Shown here piece after piece: positions 39,801 to 48,965 of a stretch of DNA of 64,000 nucleotides. Below the pieces are notes generated by a model. That model saw only the letters and a list, made by a program, of their open reading frames with translations. It was not told the DNA's origin and did no database searches. This stretch comes from an uncultured Poribacteria bacterium (GTDB taxonomy: Bacteria; Poribacteria; WGA-4E; WGA-3G), in NCBI GenBank assembly GCA_958296135.2, contig CATQHZ020000002.1, positions 1-64,000 on the forward strand, given 5' to 3'. The stretch's first letter is position 1. Each line of letters starts with the position of its first letter. The position numbers and the translations under genes are program-made.

Positions 39801-41992
39801 AATGGGCTAAGAAAAGCAGATGCAGCCCCACCAGCAACCGCAAGACCACCAGTAACAAAAGGTGATCTAAGACCTCTAAATAATCCGCCAAGACGACCAC
39901 CAACACCACGAACAGCACCACGAACACCACGAGCACCAGGATCTGAAGCTCTAGAAGCACTACGGCCAGCACGATCTTCAGCCGCTTGATAGCGCCTATC
40001 ATCAGCGTTAACAAAAGGACTTCGTAAACCTCGTATTCCAAAGAAATGTCTTTCGCCTGGACGCCCAATTATAGATGAAAGAAATCTTCGACCTCTTGAT
40101 GGTTGTCCAGCAGCGTTTAATAAAAGAGCATCTCGAATAAAATTGTCTCTAGCAGTAAGTCCAGCTAACTGAAATGATTGTTGTCTGGTTATTGTTGGTC
40201 GTCCTCGCTGAAATGAATCTCGATATCGTTGATCCGCATCGGTTAATCTATCTTGAGTGTTGCTAATTTGTCGGCTGGCGAATTCTGGATCATCTAGAAA
40301 TCTTTGAATAAAACGTGAGTTTGATGTAATACCTTCTACCCGAAGCCCTCTAGTTATACCAGAATCCCTTGCAGTCTTAATTCCATATAGAAGTTGTGTT
40401 GATGCTACGGCTAAATCAATTTGTCGCTGTCTACGCCCACCGGATTGACCTGCTAAACGATTATAACCAGTTTGACTTAAATAATCTGTTGGACGCCTTC
40501 TACTAATAATATCTCCAATTAAACCAATACCACCTAATAAAAGCCCGCCACCTATAGCACTTGATGTCACCTGACCAGCTGGAGTTTGACCAAATCTTAG
40601 CACCTCGGTAAAAGTATTAATAGCATCACGAAGTGCTGGTTCGAGTTGGCGACCTAATTCGTTTCTAAATAGAATTAACTCGTTTCTAACGTTATCGAGA
40701 GCGTTCTGAAGTGTTGTTGGATCGGCAATCGGACCTTGAGCTAATCGTTCTGCAATAGCTAAAATACCTTCTGTTGCTGTTTGACCTCGTGATTCAAGAA
40801 CCTGCTGAATATCACCACCTATCTGAGTTCCAAATTCCTCTTGGATAACTCTTCTGATAAATGGAGCCCTTTCTAAGATTGGACGCAAATTTTCCTGATC
40901 AAATCGGCCTCGAGCTTGAATCTGAATGAACTGTCGCAAGACCTCGTTCGTATCTTCAATTGACCCTTGCGATAATGCTACAGCATTTCTAATCTGATTA
41001 ATAAGACGTAATGATTGCTGATCTGTAAAACCACCACTTATCGCCCTTGTGAACGCCTGAGTAGCAGTCACATAATCAAGACCTGGTAATAATGCTATTT
41101 CTTGTAATCTGGGTATAATTGCTTGTTGTCGGAGATCATCTGTTAAATCTCGGATACCTGTTTCTAATCGCTGAACTCGAGCTCTGTCTCGAACAATACT
41201 AGTAAATGCTTGATGAAATGCGTAAATACCACCAGAAAATAATGCTAATTGACCAGCAACCCGCTGAAACGCACCAATAAGTCCAGCACCAGCACCAGCA
41301 CCAAAAAATGATGATCCACCACCAGTCTGACGAACAAAGTTTTCTCGGGCAATCCTTTCTTGAGTTCTATGCTCGCGTGCAGCTTCCCGATTTCGTTCTC
41401 GTGATGTTTCTAGTTGTAATCGGGCTTGAGTATCTAACTCTTTTGTTGTTTTGCTAATTTCTAACTGTTTTGTTCTTTCAGCAGATACAAATCTCTGAGC
41501 TGATGTTCTTGCAGCTGTAGCATTAGCTGAAATCTGTTTTCCTTGTAAATTAATCGCGGCTGTTGATTTTGAAATTTCACGTTGGCGAGTTCTTTGATTA
41601 GCTAGATGTCTTCTTGTAAAATTATTATCAGCTCTACCAGCTTCATTAATATCAGCACGAAGAGCATCCCATTCAGCTTGCTCAGCACGAGATCGAGCTT
41701 GTCTGGCTCTAGCATTTGCTTGTAAACGACGACTTCTATTAGTATCAACCCTGTTAGTTTCTTTGATTTCTTCCTGAATAGCTCGCCATCCAGCCGCTTC
41801 TGCTTTCTGAGCAGCTTCACGAGCACGAGCATTTGCTTCTAAATGACGCCGCCTAGCAATTTCTGCCTGGTTAGCTTGATCGTTAACTCTTTCTTCTAAA
41901 CGACCTAGTTCTAGAAGTTCTCGTTTTATTTCTTCAAAAGCGTCTGCGGTTAAGTCATCAGCTTTTAGTGTTAAAATAATATCTGGAGGCAT
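36836..41992 (-). CDS. tape measure protein
   Basis: 1718 aa, helical and A/R/Q/G-rich; tape-measure domain GFT...NAVALSQGS..D...VLRQFIQI..RGR...ENLRPILE; follows the chaperone gene. Confidence 0.9.
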   Translation of the reverse strand: MPPDIILTLKADDLTADAFEEIKRELLELGRLEERVNDQANQAEIARRRHLEANARAREAAQKAEAAGWRAIQEEIKETNRVDTNRSRRLQANARARQARSRAEQAEWDALRADINEAGRADNNFTRRHLANQRTRQREISKSTAAINLQGKQISANATAARTSAQRFVSAERTKQLEISKTTKELDTQARLQLETSRERNREAAREHRTQERIARENFVRQTGGGSSFFGAGAGAGLIGAFQRVAGQLALFSGGIYAFHQAFTSIVRDRARVQRLETGIRDLTDDLRQQAIIPRLQEIALLPGLDYVTATQAFTRAISGGFTDQQSLRLINQIRNAVALSQGSIEDTNEVLRQFIQIQARGRFDQENLRPILERAPFIRRVIQEEFGTQIGGDIQQVLESRGQTATEGILAIAERLAQGPIADPTTLQNALDNVRNELILFRNELGRQLEPALRDAINTFTEVLRFGQTPAGQVTSSAIGGGLLLGGIGLIGDIISRRRPTDYLSQTGYNRLAGQSGGRRQRQIDLAVASTQLLYGIKTARDSGITRGLRVEGITSNSRFIQRFLDDPEFASRQISNTQDRLTDADQRYRDSFQRGRPTITRQQSFQLAGLTARDNFIRDALLLNAAGQPSRGRRFLSSIIGRPGERHFFGIRGLRSPFVNADDRRYQAAEDRAGRSASRASDPGARGVRGAVRGVGGRLGGLFRGLRSPFVTGGLAVAGGAASAFLSPLALLGVGAALFGGVSLARSAYERAGRNEQPTLLSQTILSGAEGAGDIIARVTDNQEQLRVSTGRLTGQFNQLSDRVRNLFTGGIENFDALISQLSTSTSGIRTQFEDAGLRVLQRDGTLTRTQAQLVAGNPVLESLIREVGDPNISANFERSDVRQRVISSFGSLQETQAVIEQATEQAATERSNIIGNIRRLEQSRLEIERPPIFYGRSGELIFYDDERERYDRLQEINKALTEQEANLQKINDQEEILVGITQRLRDQYDEVGRESAIRLLRVEDFIGKIQSVSPRELNLGQIFSEEDLARLNTALRISGQVDTNFRRISATFQEVANVGRLAFRELRTGLGDVNVLTGPTAGTRAPAIDQLIGGIIPPGGRNLPQGAEFTPGSPIDVTDTGRREVVSTRSNLLDRLGVSANTARQAINGAIESYRTIRAEVEGGAPPDPNNPTGILPIPILSGRTGFNTPGRPSTGIRDVPSIPIIPQPLPVTDQLPDTRTADDINANRQALQRLGEAWQEVLGVSEDFNRQRGLLDFTRPARIREIGLLIAQLDNLRQQFESLRPAVQASINALPENNPLRQELERLIDVPLDDLTRRIMQLREEITNLSSSGLLLRNLRDSLNRISASVLGGRNEDTGIRAFGRQFGDLLGTTIDAPRGREIFRQRQLSRSQAFSDYFAGSAESLYDQFLAPSILDAVGIGSGQSRAQERSLERLSEDVERQREAVRNNDRLNARQQAEQLLEIDREYQEEKRALERQYEEERSDAWANWVRQQLTDFPKLIFQQLNLQLAARATNFILNSLGLGSNIPITGPGIGGGGGLGSLFGGGGAGGAGGAGASGASGAGLAASAATAGVVISGALAAHNIGTGIQEGLFDDLGKDFANLPIINSVTSFFEGLHFNNPLNDQLANAAGRMESQRMAYNLGRDSARDIVRNYSDGVREGNQINSSISQQDGNTYTVSGDATINIPFEINNRIVKEISFTMDELAADGRL

Positions 41993-41995
41993 ATG

Positions 41996-42220
41996 TCACC
42001 TTTTTAGTGCTGAACCCATTCCGGATACTTGTGCTAATTCGTTTTCTCGCTTAATTTGTGCTGGTCGGCCTGCTTCATAAACAAATAAGTTAAATGTATG
42101 ACGTAAAACATGTGATTTCATTCCAGGATAATGAACATCCGATGGATGAACTCCTATGCATGTACAATAATCCCATAAAGTTTCGTAGTATTGTTTATTA
42201 TTATCAATGAGGTTCCTGAA
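41996..42220 (-). CDS. tail assembly chaperone C-terminal extension, reached by frameshift
   Basis: Open +1 frame FRNLIDNNKQYYETLWDYCTCIGVHPSD...SALKR* with no suitable start; fills the gap up to the tape measure. Confidence 0.7.
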   Translation of the reverse strand, partial: FRNLIDNNKQYYETLWDYCTCIGVHPSDVHYPGMKSHVLRHTFNLFVYEAGRPAQIKRENELAQVSGMGSALKR

Positions 42221-42737
42221 ATCGAGCCACTAAGTTATCTCCTATAGCACCCCTAGTAATTTCGTCATAAAGTTCCATTTGTAAACTTACCGGAAGAATT
42301 TTTTTAATTTGATCTACTGATTCGAATTGTGGATCTATTACACATGCTTGAAGCACTTCATAACGAATATCAGCTTCTGTCTTTGAATTTTTTAAACGAT
42401 CTTGAACCGCTTTTCTAATAATTTCTTCGACTTGTTCTTGATTTAAACTTTTATCTTCTGGTAAATCGTATGCTAATGGAGTATTTAATATCTCTTGAAA
42501 TGTTCCTGGATCGATATAGCGACATGTAAATTCAATTAAATCCTCCGCAGGAATCGAATCTACATCGAAAGTTCCATCTTCCTGTTCATATTTCGTTATG
42601 TCCACAGAAGGATCGGGCCAGTAAATATAGAATTCCTCTTGAAATAATTGTGAGGATTTACCTAAATCAAGCTTTTTTGCACCTGATTTTCTTTCTTGTC
42701 TTTTTCTTCCATTAAATACTTTAACTTCTTTACTCAT
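42204..42737 (-). CDS. tail assembly chaperone
   Basis: Acidic 177 aa upstream of the tape measure; CVIDPQF motif; ends at candidate slip site CGA TTT CAG. Confidence 0.75.
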   Translation of the reverse strand: MSKEVKVFNGRKRQERKSGAKKLDLGKSSQLFQEEFYIYWPDPSVDITKYEQEDGTFDVDSIPAEDLIEFTCRYIDPGTFQEILNTPLAYDLPEDKSLNQEQVEEIIRKAVQDRLKNSKTEADIRYEVLQACVIDPQFESVDQIKKILPVSLQMELYDEITRGAIGDNLVARFQEPH

Positions 42738-42759
42738 TTTGGTTGCTCCCTTATAAGTA

Positions 42760-43677
42760 TTAACCTAAACTATAAATTTTTGGATAATGAATTTCTAAAT
42801 CGAATATACATCTTATTGTATCTGTTGGCGAGTTTTCCGCATCTGGTAACATTCCCCATCGCGGTAAATTTACATTTCGTACGTCTGCTTGATATTTTCC
42901 CATTTCACCAAATGTGAATGCTTGACCAGGTTGTGGTGGCATGCCAGAAGGAGTATCTGATCTAGTTCGTATATCGCTTGGATCTAGTAATGATTCTAGA
43001 TCTTGAACAAAACCTGTAGCTAACTGATTAATAGTTTTATGATATTCTGGTTGATAATCTGATGGTAAACCAGTTAATCCGTTTATATTAATTGGTTGTA
43101 TAACATTACATAATTTCTTTTGATCTTCCCAATATTGTCCATTTCCAAGCCATGATTTTGGCATTTCCCCATCATTAACAGTCGGTCTCATTGGTAACTC
43201 TGGTTGTGGTTCTGATAAATCTCGAAATACGCAATCAATATTAACTCTTAAGTATTCTACCTGATAACCAAGCCTTGTTTCAGCTGGTCTAGTTCTTTGT
43301 GGCCAATAAAGATCTTTTTCACCACCATTTATATGTAAAAATGCAGATGGAGTTTTAAATATTGGATTTTTATCATCAAAAGTTCCGATACTACCCAAAA
43401 TTCCTGTAACATCAGAATTCTTAATTGGACGACAATATAATCGTCGGAGTGGAGTACTAAAATGACCATTTGATCTACGTGGTGCTAAGTATGATGTTTC
43501 ATCGTAAGTATTAGTTCCTATTGCAGCTAAAGCCGTATTTGATCCTATATCACGCAATCTATTTAAATCTTCATACCCAGCAATCTGATTCTGAAATGGT
43601 ACATCTGGTTCATCTATAATTAGATTGTCACAAAGTTGCTTTTCAATAAATAGAAGTATTGCTTCTCTAAATCCCAT
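42760..43677 (-). CDS. tail completion/terminator-like protein
   Basis: Position in the tail module; C-terminal FDLEIHY strand. Confidence 0.45.
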   Translation of the reverse strand: MGFREAILLFIEKQLCDNLIIDEPDVPFQNQIAGYEDLNRLRDIGSNTALAAIGTNTYDETSYLAPRRSNGHFSTPLRRLYCRPIKNSDVTGILGSIGTFDDKNPIFKTPSAFLHINGGEKDLYWPQRTRPAETRLGYQVEYLRVNIDCVFRDLSEPQPELPMRPTVNDGEMPKSWLGNGQYWEDQKKLCNVIQPININGLTGLPSDYQPEYHKTINQLATGFVQDLESLLDPSDIRTRSDTPSGMPPQPGQAFTFGEMGKYQADVRNVNLPRWGMLPDAENSPTDTIRCIFDLEIHYPKIYSLG

Positions 43678-43716
43678 TTAGTATCTCCTAGTAACAGTAT
43701 GCTTGCCATATCCTGT

Positions 43717-44169
43717 TCAAACTCGACGGTTAATTTGACGTGCGATATATTGTATGTATTCAGATTGGATTTCATTTATAGCTTCTCGAATTGCTGGCCG
43801 TAAGAATGGACGTGCTGGCATTCTACGAGTACCATGTTCGTGATATGGTGCGTATGGATTATTTGTTCCAAATAGTAACTCGTTTCTTGAAATTTGTAAT
43901 ACTGGATCATCTAGAAGTGACGCTTTTAAATCTCCTGTTTGTTCTAATATTGGAAGACCTTGATAACGCCGAGATCTTAAGGTTGATTCCTCTAATGGAG
44001 CCCAACCTGGACCCTCTTGTAGAAAAATATCACGTAATTTTCCCTTAATTATTGGAACAGCAACGGATCTCCAAAAGGGAGCAGTATTGGAGATCCGCGC
44101 GTCTATACGATCTAACTCCCTTCGGACTTCGTTTATTCCATCTATTGATATACGTATACTTAATGGCAT
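43717..44169 (-). CDS. phage virion morphogenesis (neck, Mu gpG/P2 gpS-like) protein
   Basis: WAPL..ST, ILEQTGDL and GTNNPYAPYHEHGTRRMPARPFL motifs. Confidence 0.85.
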   Translation of the reverse strand: MPLSIRISIDGINEVRRELDRIDARISNTAPFWRSVAVPIIKGKLRDIFLQEGPGWAPLEESTLRSRRYQGLPILEQTGDLKASLLDDPVLQISRNELLFGTNNPYAPYHEHGTRRMPARPFLRPAIREAINEIQSEYIQYIARQINRRV

Positions 44170-44184
44170 ATGAACTACCTACTA

Positions 44185-45693
44185 CTATGATAAATTAGCC
44201 AAAGATAAACTGGATGGTGTATGCCCAGTGCCGCCATAAGTAGTAATTTTTATAGCGTCGGTTTCACTTCCGCCTGATGGCAAGATTCTTCCCCGAACTG
44301 TTTGGCGAACGAAATCGTCACTTTCAACTGGAGTTGATGGATATTCAGTTAATTGAATTTTTGGAAAAGCGAATTTAGTTTCGCTTAGACCACCAACACC
44401 TACTAACGATAATTCTACATCTGTCCACGAATCAGCTTGCAAATAAGCCCTCGCAAAATCTGTATCGCTGCTATGATATTCTAAAGTAAGTTCAACTGTT
44501 GCTGTTCTTTGACGATTATAGACAACACCTGGATAAATATTTCCTAAACGATCGGTAAACTGAGTATTGTTATCAAAAGTTAATGAAATTCCAGTAACCT
44601 GATTAAAAACAGCTGGTGTTGAGCCATTGTCTGCTCGTAATGATGCATTATAACCAGCATATGGAGTGTTATCATCTTGTAATGTAGCGAAATTGCCAGT
44701 TCCATAAGGACCTGTAGCACTACCTCCTCTGGAATTATCAGCAAATGGAGCCGCATTGCCAGCCGGATTTATATTTGGTTCGAATAATCGTCCGACTACC
44801 CCAAACGTACTAGTTACAATCTCTTCACGAGTCGCGCTAAATTCAAATGAACTAATATAAGCATCTGTTACAGTATTAACTGTTCCACCATTACCAGCCG
44901 AATCTAGCCTTCCAGTAACAACTTCCATAGTCATTCCTGGCGTAATTCTATAGTCTGGATCCGATGAAATTTCAACACCTTTTCTGTTTGAAGTTCCAGT
45001 AATTGTAAACCCTCCAGCACCAGCAGTAGCACCTGGCGGATAACTGACAGTCACAGAATTAACTTTATAGAAATAACCACTAGTAGTTGCATCAGTACCA
45101 ATAGCACTCGCAGTAATAGCAACAGATTCTGTGAATACGGCACCGCCATAATCTTCACCAGTTATAGTCACAGTAAGAGGGTTAGTAGGTCCTAAAGTAA
45201 CTCCTGTTAAACTAGCAGCGGTGGCTGCTACAGTAACAGTTAATTGAATTGGACCTTGATCTTGATCAATTTGAGTACTAGCTGGAATACTAGTTCTAAC
45301 AGAAAAATCGCCAGACGCTACAATAGTTTGTGGAGTTCCATCTCCAATTCCAAGTCCACTTGCAGGCTGAATTCCTGATGTTGGAGCGTTTAATAATTGT
45401 CGAAAAAATAGTTCCTGTCTTAATGGTAATGCGTCAATGACGAAATTACCCGCAATACTTAATGGTCCTGGAACCCCTTCAAATTGTTCAATCGTAGTTG
45501 GAATAACTCCTGGCTCTAATAGTGTGCTTGTGGGAACAATTGTCATTGAGTTCACTGCAACCTTATATTTAGAAAAGTCGTCAGCATCAGTAATTTTTAT
45601 TCCTGAAATTAATTGTTCAGCCATCTTAAGATGAGATCCTATTCCAAATGTAAGGGTTGAAGCTAAACCAGCACCTGATACATTAATTGGCAT
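44185..45693 (-). CDS. major tail tube protein with an inserted beta domain
   Basis: 502 aa, beta-rich; ISSFEFSA, GISLTFDNN, RTATVELTLEY and FPKIQL patterns. Confidence 0.7.
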   Translation of the reverse strand: MPINVSGAGLASTLTFGIGSHLKMAEQLISGIKITDADDFSKYKVAVNSMTIVPTSTLLEPGVIPTTIEQFEGVPGPLSIAGNFVIDALPLRQELFFRQLLNAPTSGIQPASGLGIGDGTPQTIVASGDFSVRTSIPASTQIDQDQGPIQLTVTVAATAASLTGVTLGPTNPLTVTITGEDYGGAVFTESVAITASAIGTDATTSGYFYKVNSVTVSYPPGATAGAGGFTITGTSNRKGVEISSDPDYRITPGMTMEVVTGRLDSAGNGGTVNTVTDAYISSFEFSATREEIVTSTFGVVGRLFEPNINPAGNAAPFADNSRGGSATGPYGTGNFATLQDDNTPYAGYNASLRADNGSTPAVFNQVTGISLTFDNNTQFTDRLGNIYPGVVYNRQRTATVELTLEYHSSDTDFARAYLQADSWTDVELSLVGVGGLSETKFAFPKIQLTEYPSTPVESDDFVRQTVRGRILPSGGSETDAIKITTYGGTGHTPSSLSLANLS

Positions 45694-45716
45694 TTGTTTG
45701 TCTCTCCATTTTATAT

Positions 45717-46070
45717 TTATCGGACCGGTCTATTTTGGTCCTTAAGTTGTAATTGTTGTTTTCCAGCAACAACCGCTATGTTTTCAACTGTCAATACCTG
45801 CAGTTGTCCACTTGAAGCACCACGTTGCGTAGTCGCATTAAGTGGCTGACGCGTTATTAAATCGTTTATCTGAATGTCAAAATTAGGTGGATCAATATTG
45901 CCAATGTAACGAAGATCTTGGGCAACAAATCCTTCTGGCTCAAGACGGGGTCGTAGATCTTCTAGTATAATTATTCGCTGATCCGTCTTTTCATAGTCAG
46001 GATCTGGGTTGCGCGAACCTGTTATAAGAACTATTTCTTCTAATTGACGGAGAAATCGACCTCGTCTCAT
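45717..46070 (-). CDS. head-closure-like protein
   Basis: 117 aa; DIQINDLI and C-terminal strands typical of head-tail joining proteins. Confidence 0.45.
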   Translation of the reverse strand: MRRGRFLRQLEEIVLITGSRNPDPDYEKTDQRIIILEDLRPRLEPEGFVAQDLRYIGNIDPPNFDIQINDLITRQPLNATTQRGASSGQLQVLTVENIAVVAGKQQLQLKDQNRPVR

Positions 46071-46136
46071 AATTATTACCGTTTTAAGTAGTCGGGCTGA
46101 TATAATCAGCGTTTCAAATAATCTGGCGGCTATAAA

Positions 46137-47561
46137 TTACCGTTTTAAATAGTCTGGCAAATTATTTGCCGGTGATATTGATCCTGTTATTGAAATATAA
46201 GGAACATAATCGGTTTGTTTAATCACGTAGCGTACAACATCAAGTCCATCATCATGTAACTTAATTGGAATTTCGTCTTGTAGCGATCCGTTATGTTTAT
46301 CGGGATCTTTGTGGACATAACGTTCGATCTCTTCTGTAGTTCTTGTCGGAAAGTTTTTCTCTACTTGAGAGTAATCGGGTTCGTGATCACGAGAATTCTT
46401 GTTAAAAAATAACTGATTTGCTGAAAACCGTTTTTTTGTTAAGTTAATTCCTGGTAGAACTTCTTTATCAGCATTCTTTATTGGAAGCCCCATTTTTGCT
46501 AATGATTTATTAACTTCCGGCTTATGATCTGCGACTACCCATTCTAAGTCCTCACCTTCTGGTATGTATGAAGCGTTTAACTCGAAGATTTCCTCTCGCA
46601 TTTGGTCAACATCGAGTCCGGTCTTATAGATCTCTTTGTATAAGTAGATCTCTGAATAATCTTCTGGACCACAAAAAAGACTGTAAACGAATGGATGACG
46701 CTCACCATAATCGATTCCACCATACCAAATCCAGTCTTGATCTGATTCGAATCTGCGTCTGTCTATTTCTTCTTCTTCTAAATCATGTAATTCTGGAACG
46801 TAGTAGTCACCATAAACAGTGCCTTCTGCTGAACACCATTCTCCTAAATATCCTCTTCGATATTCGATTCCTACCAAGTTATTCTTTAAATCTTCTATTG
46901 TTTGTAATCCCAACGCTGTCCATTTGCCATCGTAAAATAATGTTGGGTTATCACTGTGAGTTACAGTGATCATTTCTAAAAGACCATCTGCTTGAAGACG
47001 CTTTAAAAAATGTTTTCGATAACTTGGATTACATTCACCTAGTAAAAGTCCTCGTTGAATACCATTATCGATCCAGCCACCACGCCGACCATTACATCGA
47101 CGACCTAAGCGTTGCCAAAATTCAAAATCCGCTTGCTCACATTGACTGTAGAAAGCTACATCCCATTCTGTACCTAGCACTTTTCCACTATCGTCCTCGC
47201 CACCGAAAACCATTTTACCACCATTGAAATATTCTAGATGTGTTGGCGTTCGACGACCATTATGTGGATGAACTGGGTTTGCTGATCGATTGTCTAACCC
47301 AAATGGTAAGATTTTATCTGCAAATTGCGGTAATATTGAATTATACACCGTTGTTTTTTCTTTACGCAAGATAATACTTTGTAAACCTGGTATCTTCATG
47401 TGGAGCGCGTGAACGTATGCCATACACGAAAATGTTTTCGCACACTGATATGGCGAATCCAAAACGACTGTTCTGCTCTTTGTCCGAAACATTTGCTTGA
47501 TCTTTTCGCTTTGAACTGGTATAACAGAAGGATGAAACATTGGATACCGAGATTTATTCAT
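46137..47561 (-). CDS. terminase large subunit
   Basis: ILRK, FGGEDD..KVLGTEWD, ECNPS, DNP, GEW..AEG, GIDYG..HP and DDGLDVVRY motifs. Confidence 0.9.
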   Translation of the reverse strand: MNKSRYPMFHPSVIPVQSEKIKQMFRTKSRTVVLDSPYQCAKTFSCMAYVHALHMKIPGLQSIILRKEKTTVYNSILPQFADKILPFGLDNRSANPVHPHNGRRTPTHLEYFNGGKMVFGGEDDSGKVLGTEWDVAFYSQCEQADFEFWQRLGRRCNGRRGGWIDNGIQRGLLLGECNPSYRKHFLKRLQADGLLEMITVTHSDNPTLFYDGKWTALGLQTIEDLKNNLVGIEYRRGYLGEWCSAEGTVYGDYYVPELHDLEEEEIDRRRFESDQDWIWYGGIDYGERHPFVYSLFCGPEDYSEIYLYKEIYKTGLDVDQMREEIFELNASYIPEGEDLEWVVADHKPEVNKSLAKMGLPIKNADKEVLPGINLTKKRFSANQLFFNKNSRDHEPDYSQVEKNFPTRTTEEIERYVHKDPDKHNGSLQDEIPIKLHDDGLDVVRYVIKQTDYVPYISITGSISPANNLPDYLKR

Positions 47562-48057
47562 CTAAGAAATCCCCCATCTGCTTTTCTGCGTCTGTTTCTG
47601 GCATATTAAACCCATCATCACCTATATTGTGATTAAGATTTGATGTATTAACTGTATAACCTAAGTTTTTTGCAATTTGTAGAAATGTCGGTATATCGAT
47701 CAATGGAACATCCGTTTCTAGAGTTTCGTCTTGCTCAATGCGCTTATTAACTAGTCCTTCTAAATATTCACGAGAACGTTTATCTGTTCCTTTTAATAAG
47801 TCACAAGGATTGACTTCTAGTGCTCGAGCTAGTTTTACTAGCTTCTTTGCTGTAATCTGAGATTTTCCATTGACCCAACGATTAATCATTACTGATGAAC
47901 ATGGAACCATTGCCGCTAATGATTTTTGAGTTAATCCTTTGTTTTTAATTATACGTTTAAGATAACTTCGATTAACACTATAAGCTTTTATCATAGAATG
48001 ATCCTCCATGTTTAATAAAATGATATATTCTTTTGTAATAAAGAGTACCTGGATCAC
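47554..48057 (-). CDS. XRE-type HTH protein, probable terminase small subunit
   Basis: LTQKSLAAMV..S..MINRWVNG...KLARALEV HTH; stop codon overlaps the terL start. Confidence 0.6.
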   Translation of the reverse strand: MIQVLFITKEYIILLNMEDHSMIKAYSVNRSYLKRIIKNKGLTQKSLAAMVPCSSVMINRWVNGKSQITAKKLVKLARALEVNPCDLLKGTDKRSREYLEGLVNKRIEQDETLETDVPLIDIPTFLQIAKNLGYTVNTSNLNHNIGDDGFNMPETDAEKQMGDFLDE

Positions 48058-48287
48058 GCAGAAAATTCAAAATAAATTAAAATTGGTAGTTTTGAAAGAG
48101 TGTACCATGAAAATCTGGTTTCTTAAAAAAAATATAGAATCTTGGTTACAAGAACATGATTGAAAATTAGAAATTGGCAACAAAAATATGTTAAAATTAA
48201 AAAAAGGCAAGAAAAAAGGGAGAAATCCGCAAATTAATGCAGACTTCTCCCTGAATCGGTGATTAACGCCACCCCAAAACTCCGTTC

Positions 48288-48359
48288 CCCTGTCATACGC
48301 CTCAATTTGGATTGGATCACCAAATAATGCCACCCTGGCAGTTTTTAGACCGATTTAAG
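48288..48359 (+). repeat. 72-bp dispersed element, copy D
   Basis: CCCTGTCATACGCCTCAATTTGGATTGGATCACCAAATAATGCCACCCTGGCAGTTTTTAGACC; shares CTCAATTTGGATTGGATCACCA with copy B. Confidence 0.75.
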
Positions 48360-48452
48360 TGACATCTAGATATCCCAATTTCGCTAATTTTTTTGGGCTT
48401 ATTATTTATTGGTCACAAAAAAGAGGTTGTATTTGGGTTTTTGACTCCAAAA

Positions 48453-48730
48453 TCCTTGCGAAGCCCTCAGCCGCACAAGTTGTGCAAGTTCGTTTAAGTC
48501 GTGGTGCAAGTTGCAGCCCTCAGCCGCACAAGTAGGGCAAGTTTTCTAAGTTTTTCCGTATCTCCCCAGCGGCTGGGATATTTTTGTGAGAGGAGCCCAC
48601 AAGCATAAGAAATTATATATTATATATTTTTTAAAAGCTATATATATACTTGCAAACTTGCACAACTTGTGCGGCTGAGGGCTCCAACTTGCTTCGAACT
48701 TGCACAACCTTTGCGCTCGAGGGCTTCGCA
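48453..48730. repeat. iteron-like inverted repeat array around an AT-rich core (origin or pac candidate 2)
   Basis: GCCCTCAGCCGCACAAGT x2 plus CAAGTT repeats, CCCCAGCGGCTGGG, AGCATAAGAAATTATATA core, then inverted ACTTGTGCGGCTGAGGG and AACTTG repeats. Confidence 0.8.
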
Positions 48731-48965
48731 GTGCTTTTTTTCATCAAAATTTCAGAGTTAACTCCAAAATCAACAGGATTTTCATTGGAGTTAACATGAT
48801 TTTGTGAAAATTTTCTCCAAAAATTTGAAAAGTTTTCATACAACGACCTGTTTTTTAACGCCCTTGATTAGACTTTGTGGCTGAGGGTCCCGACAACCTC
48901 TTTAAAAAAACATCCCCCTACAGAAAAGTGTTCCCAAATCGACGATTTTTTCAAGATATCAAGTT

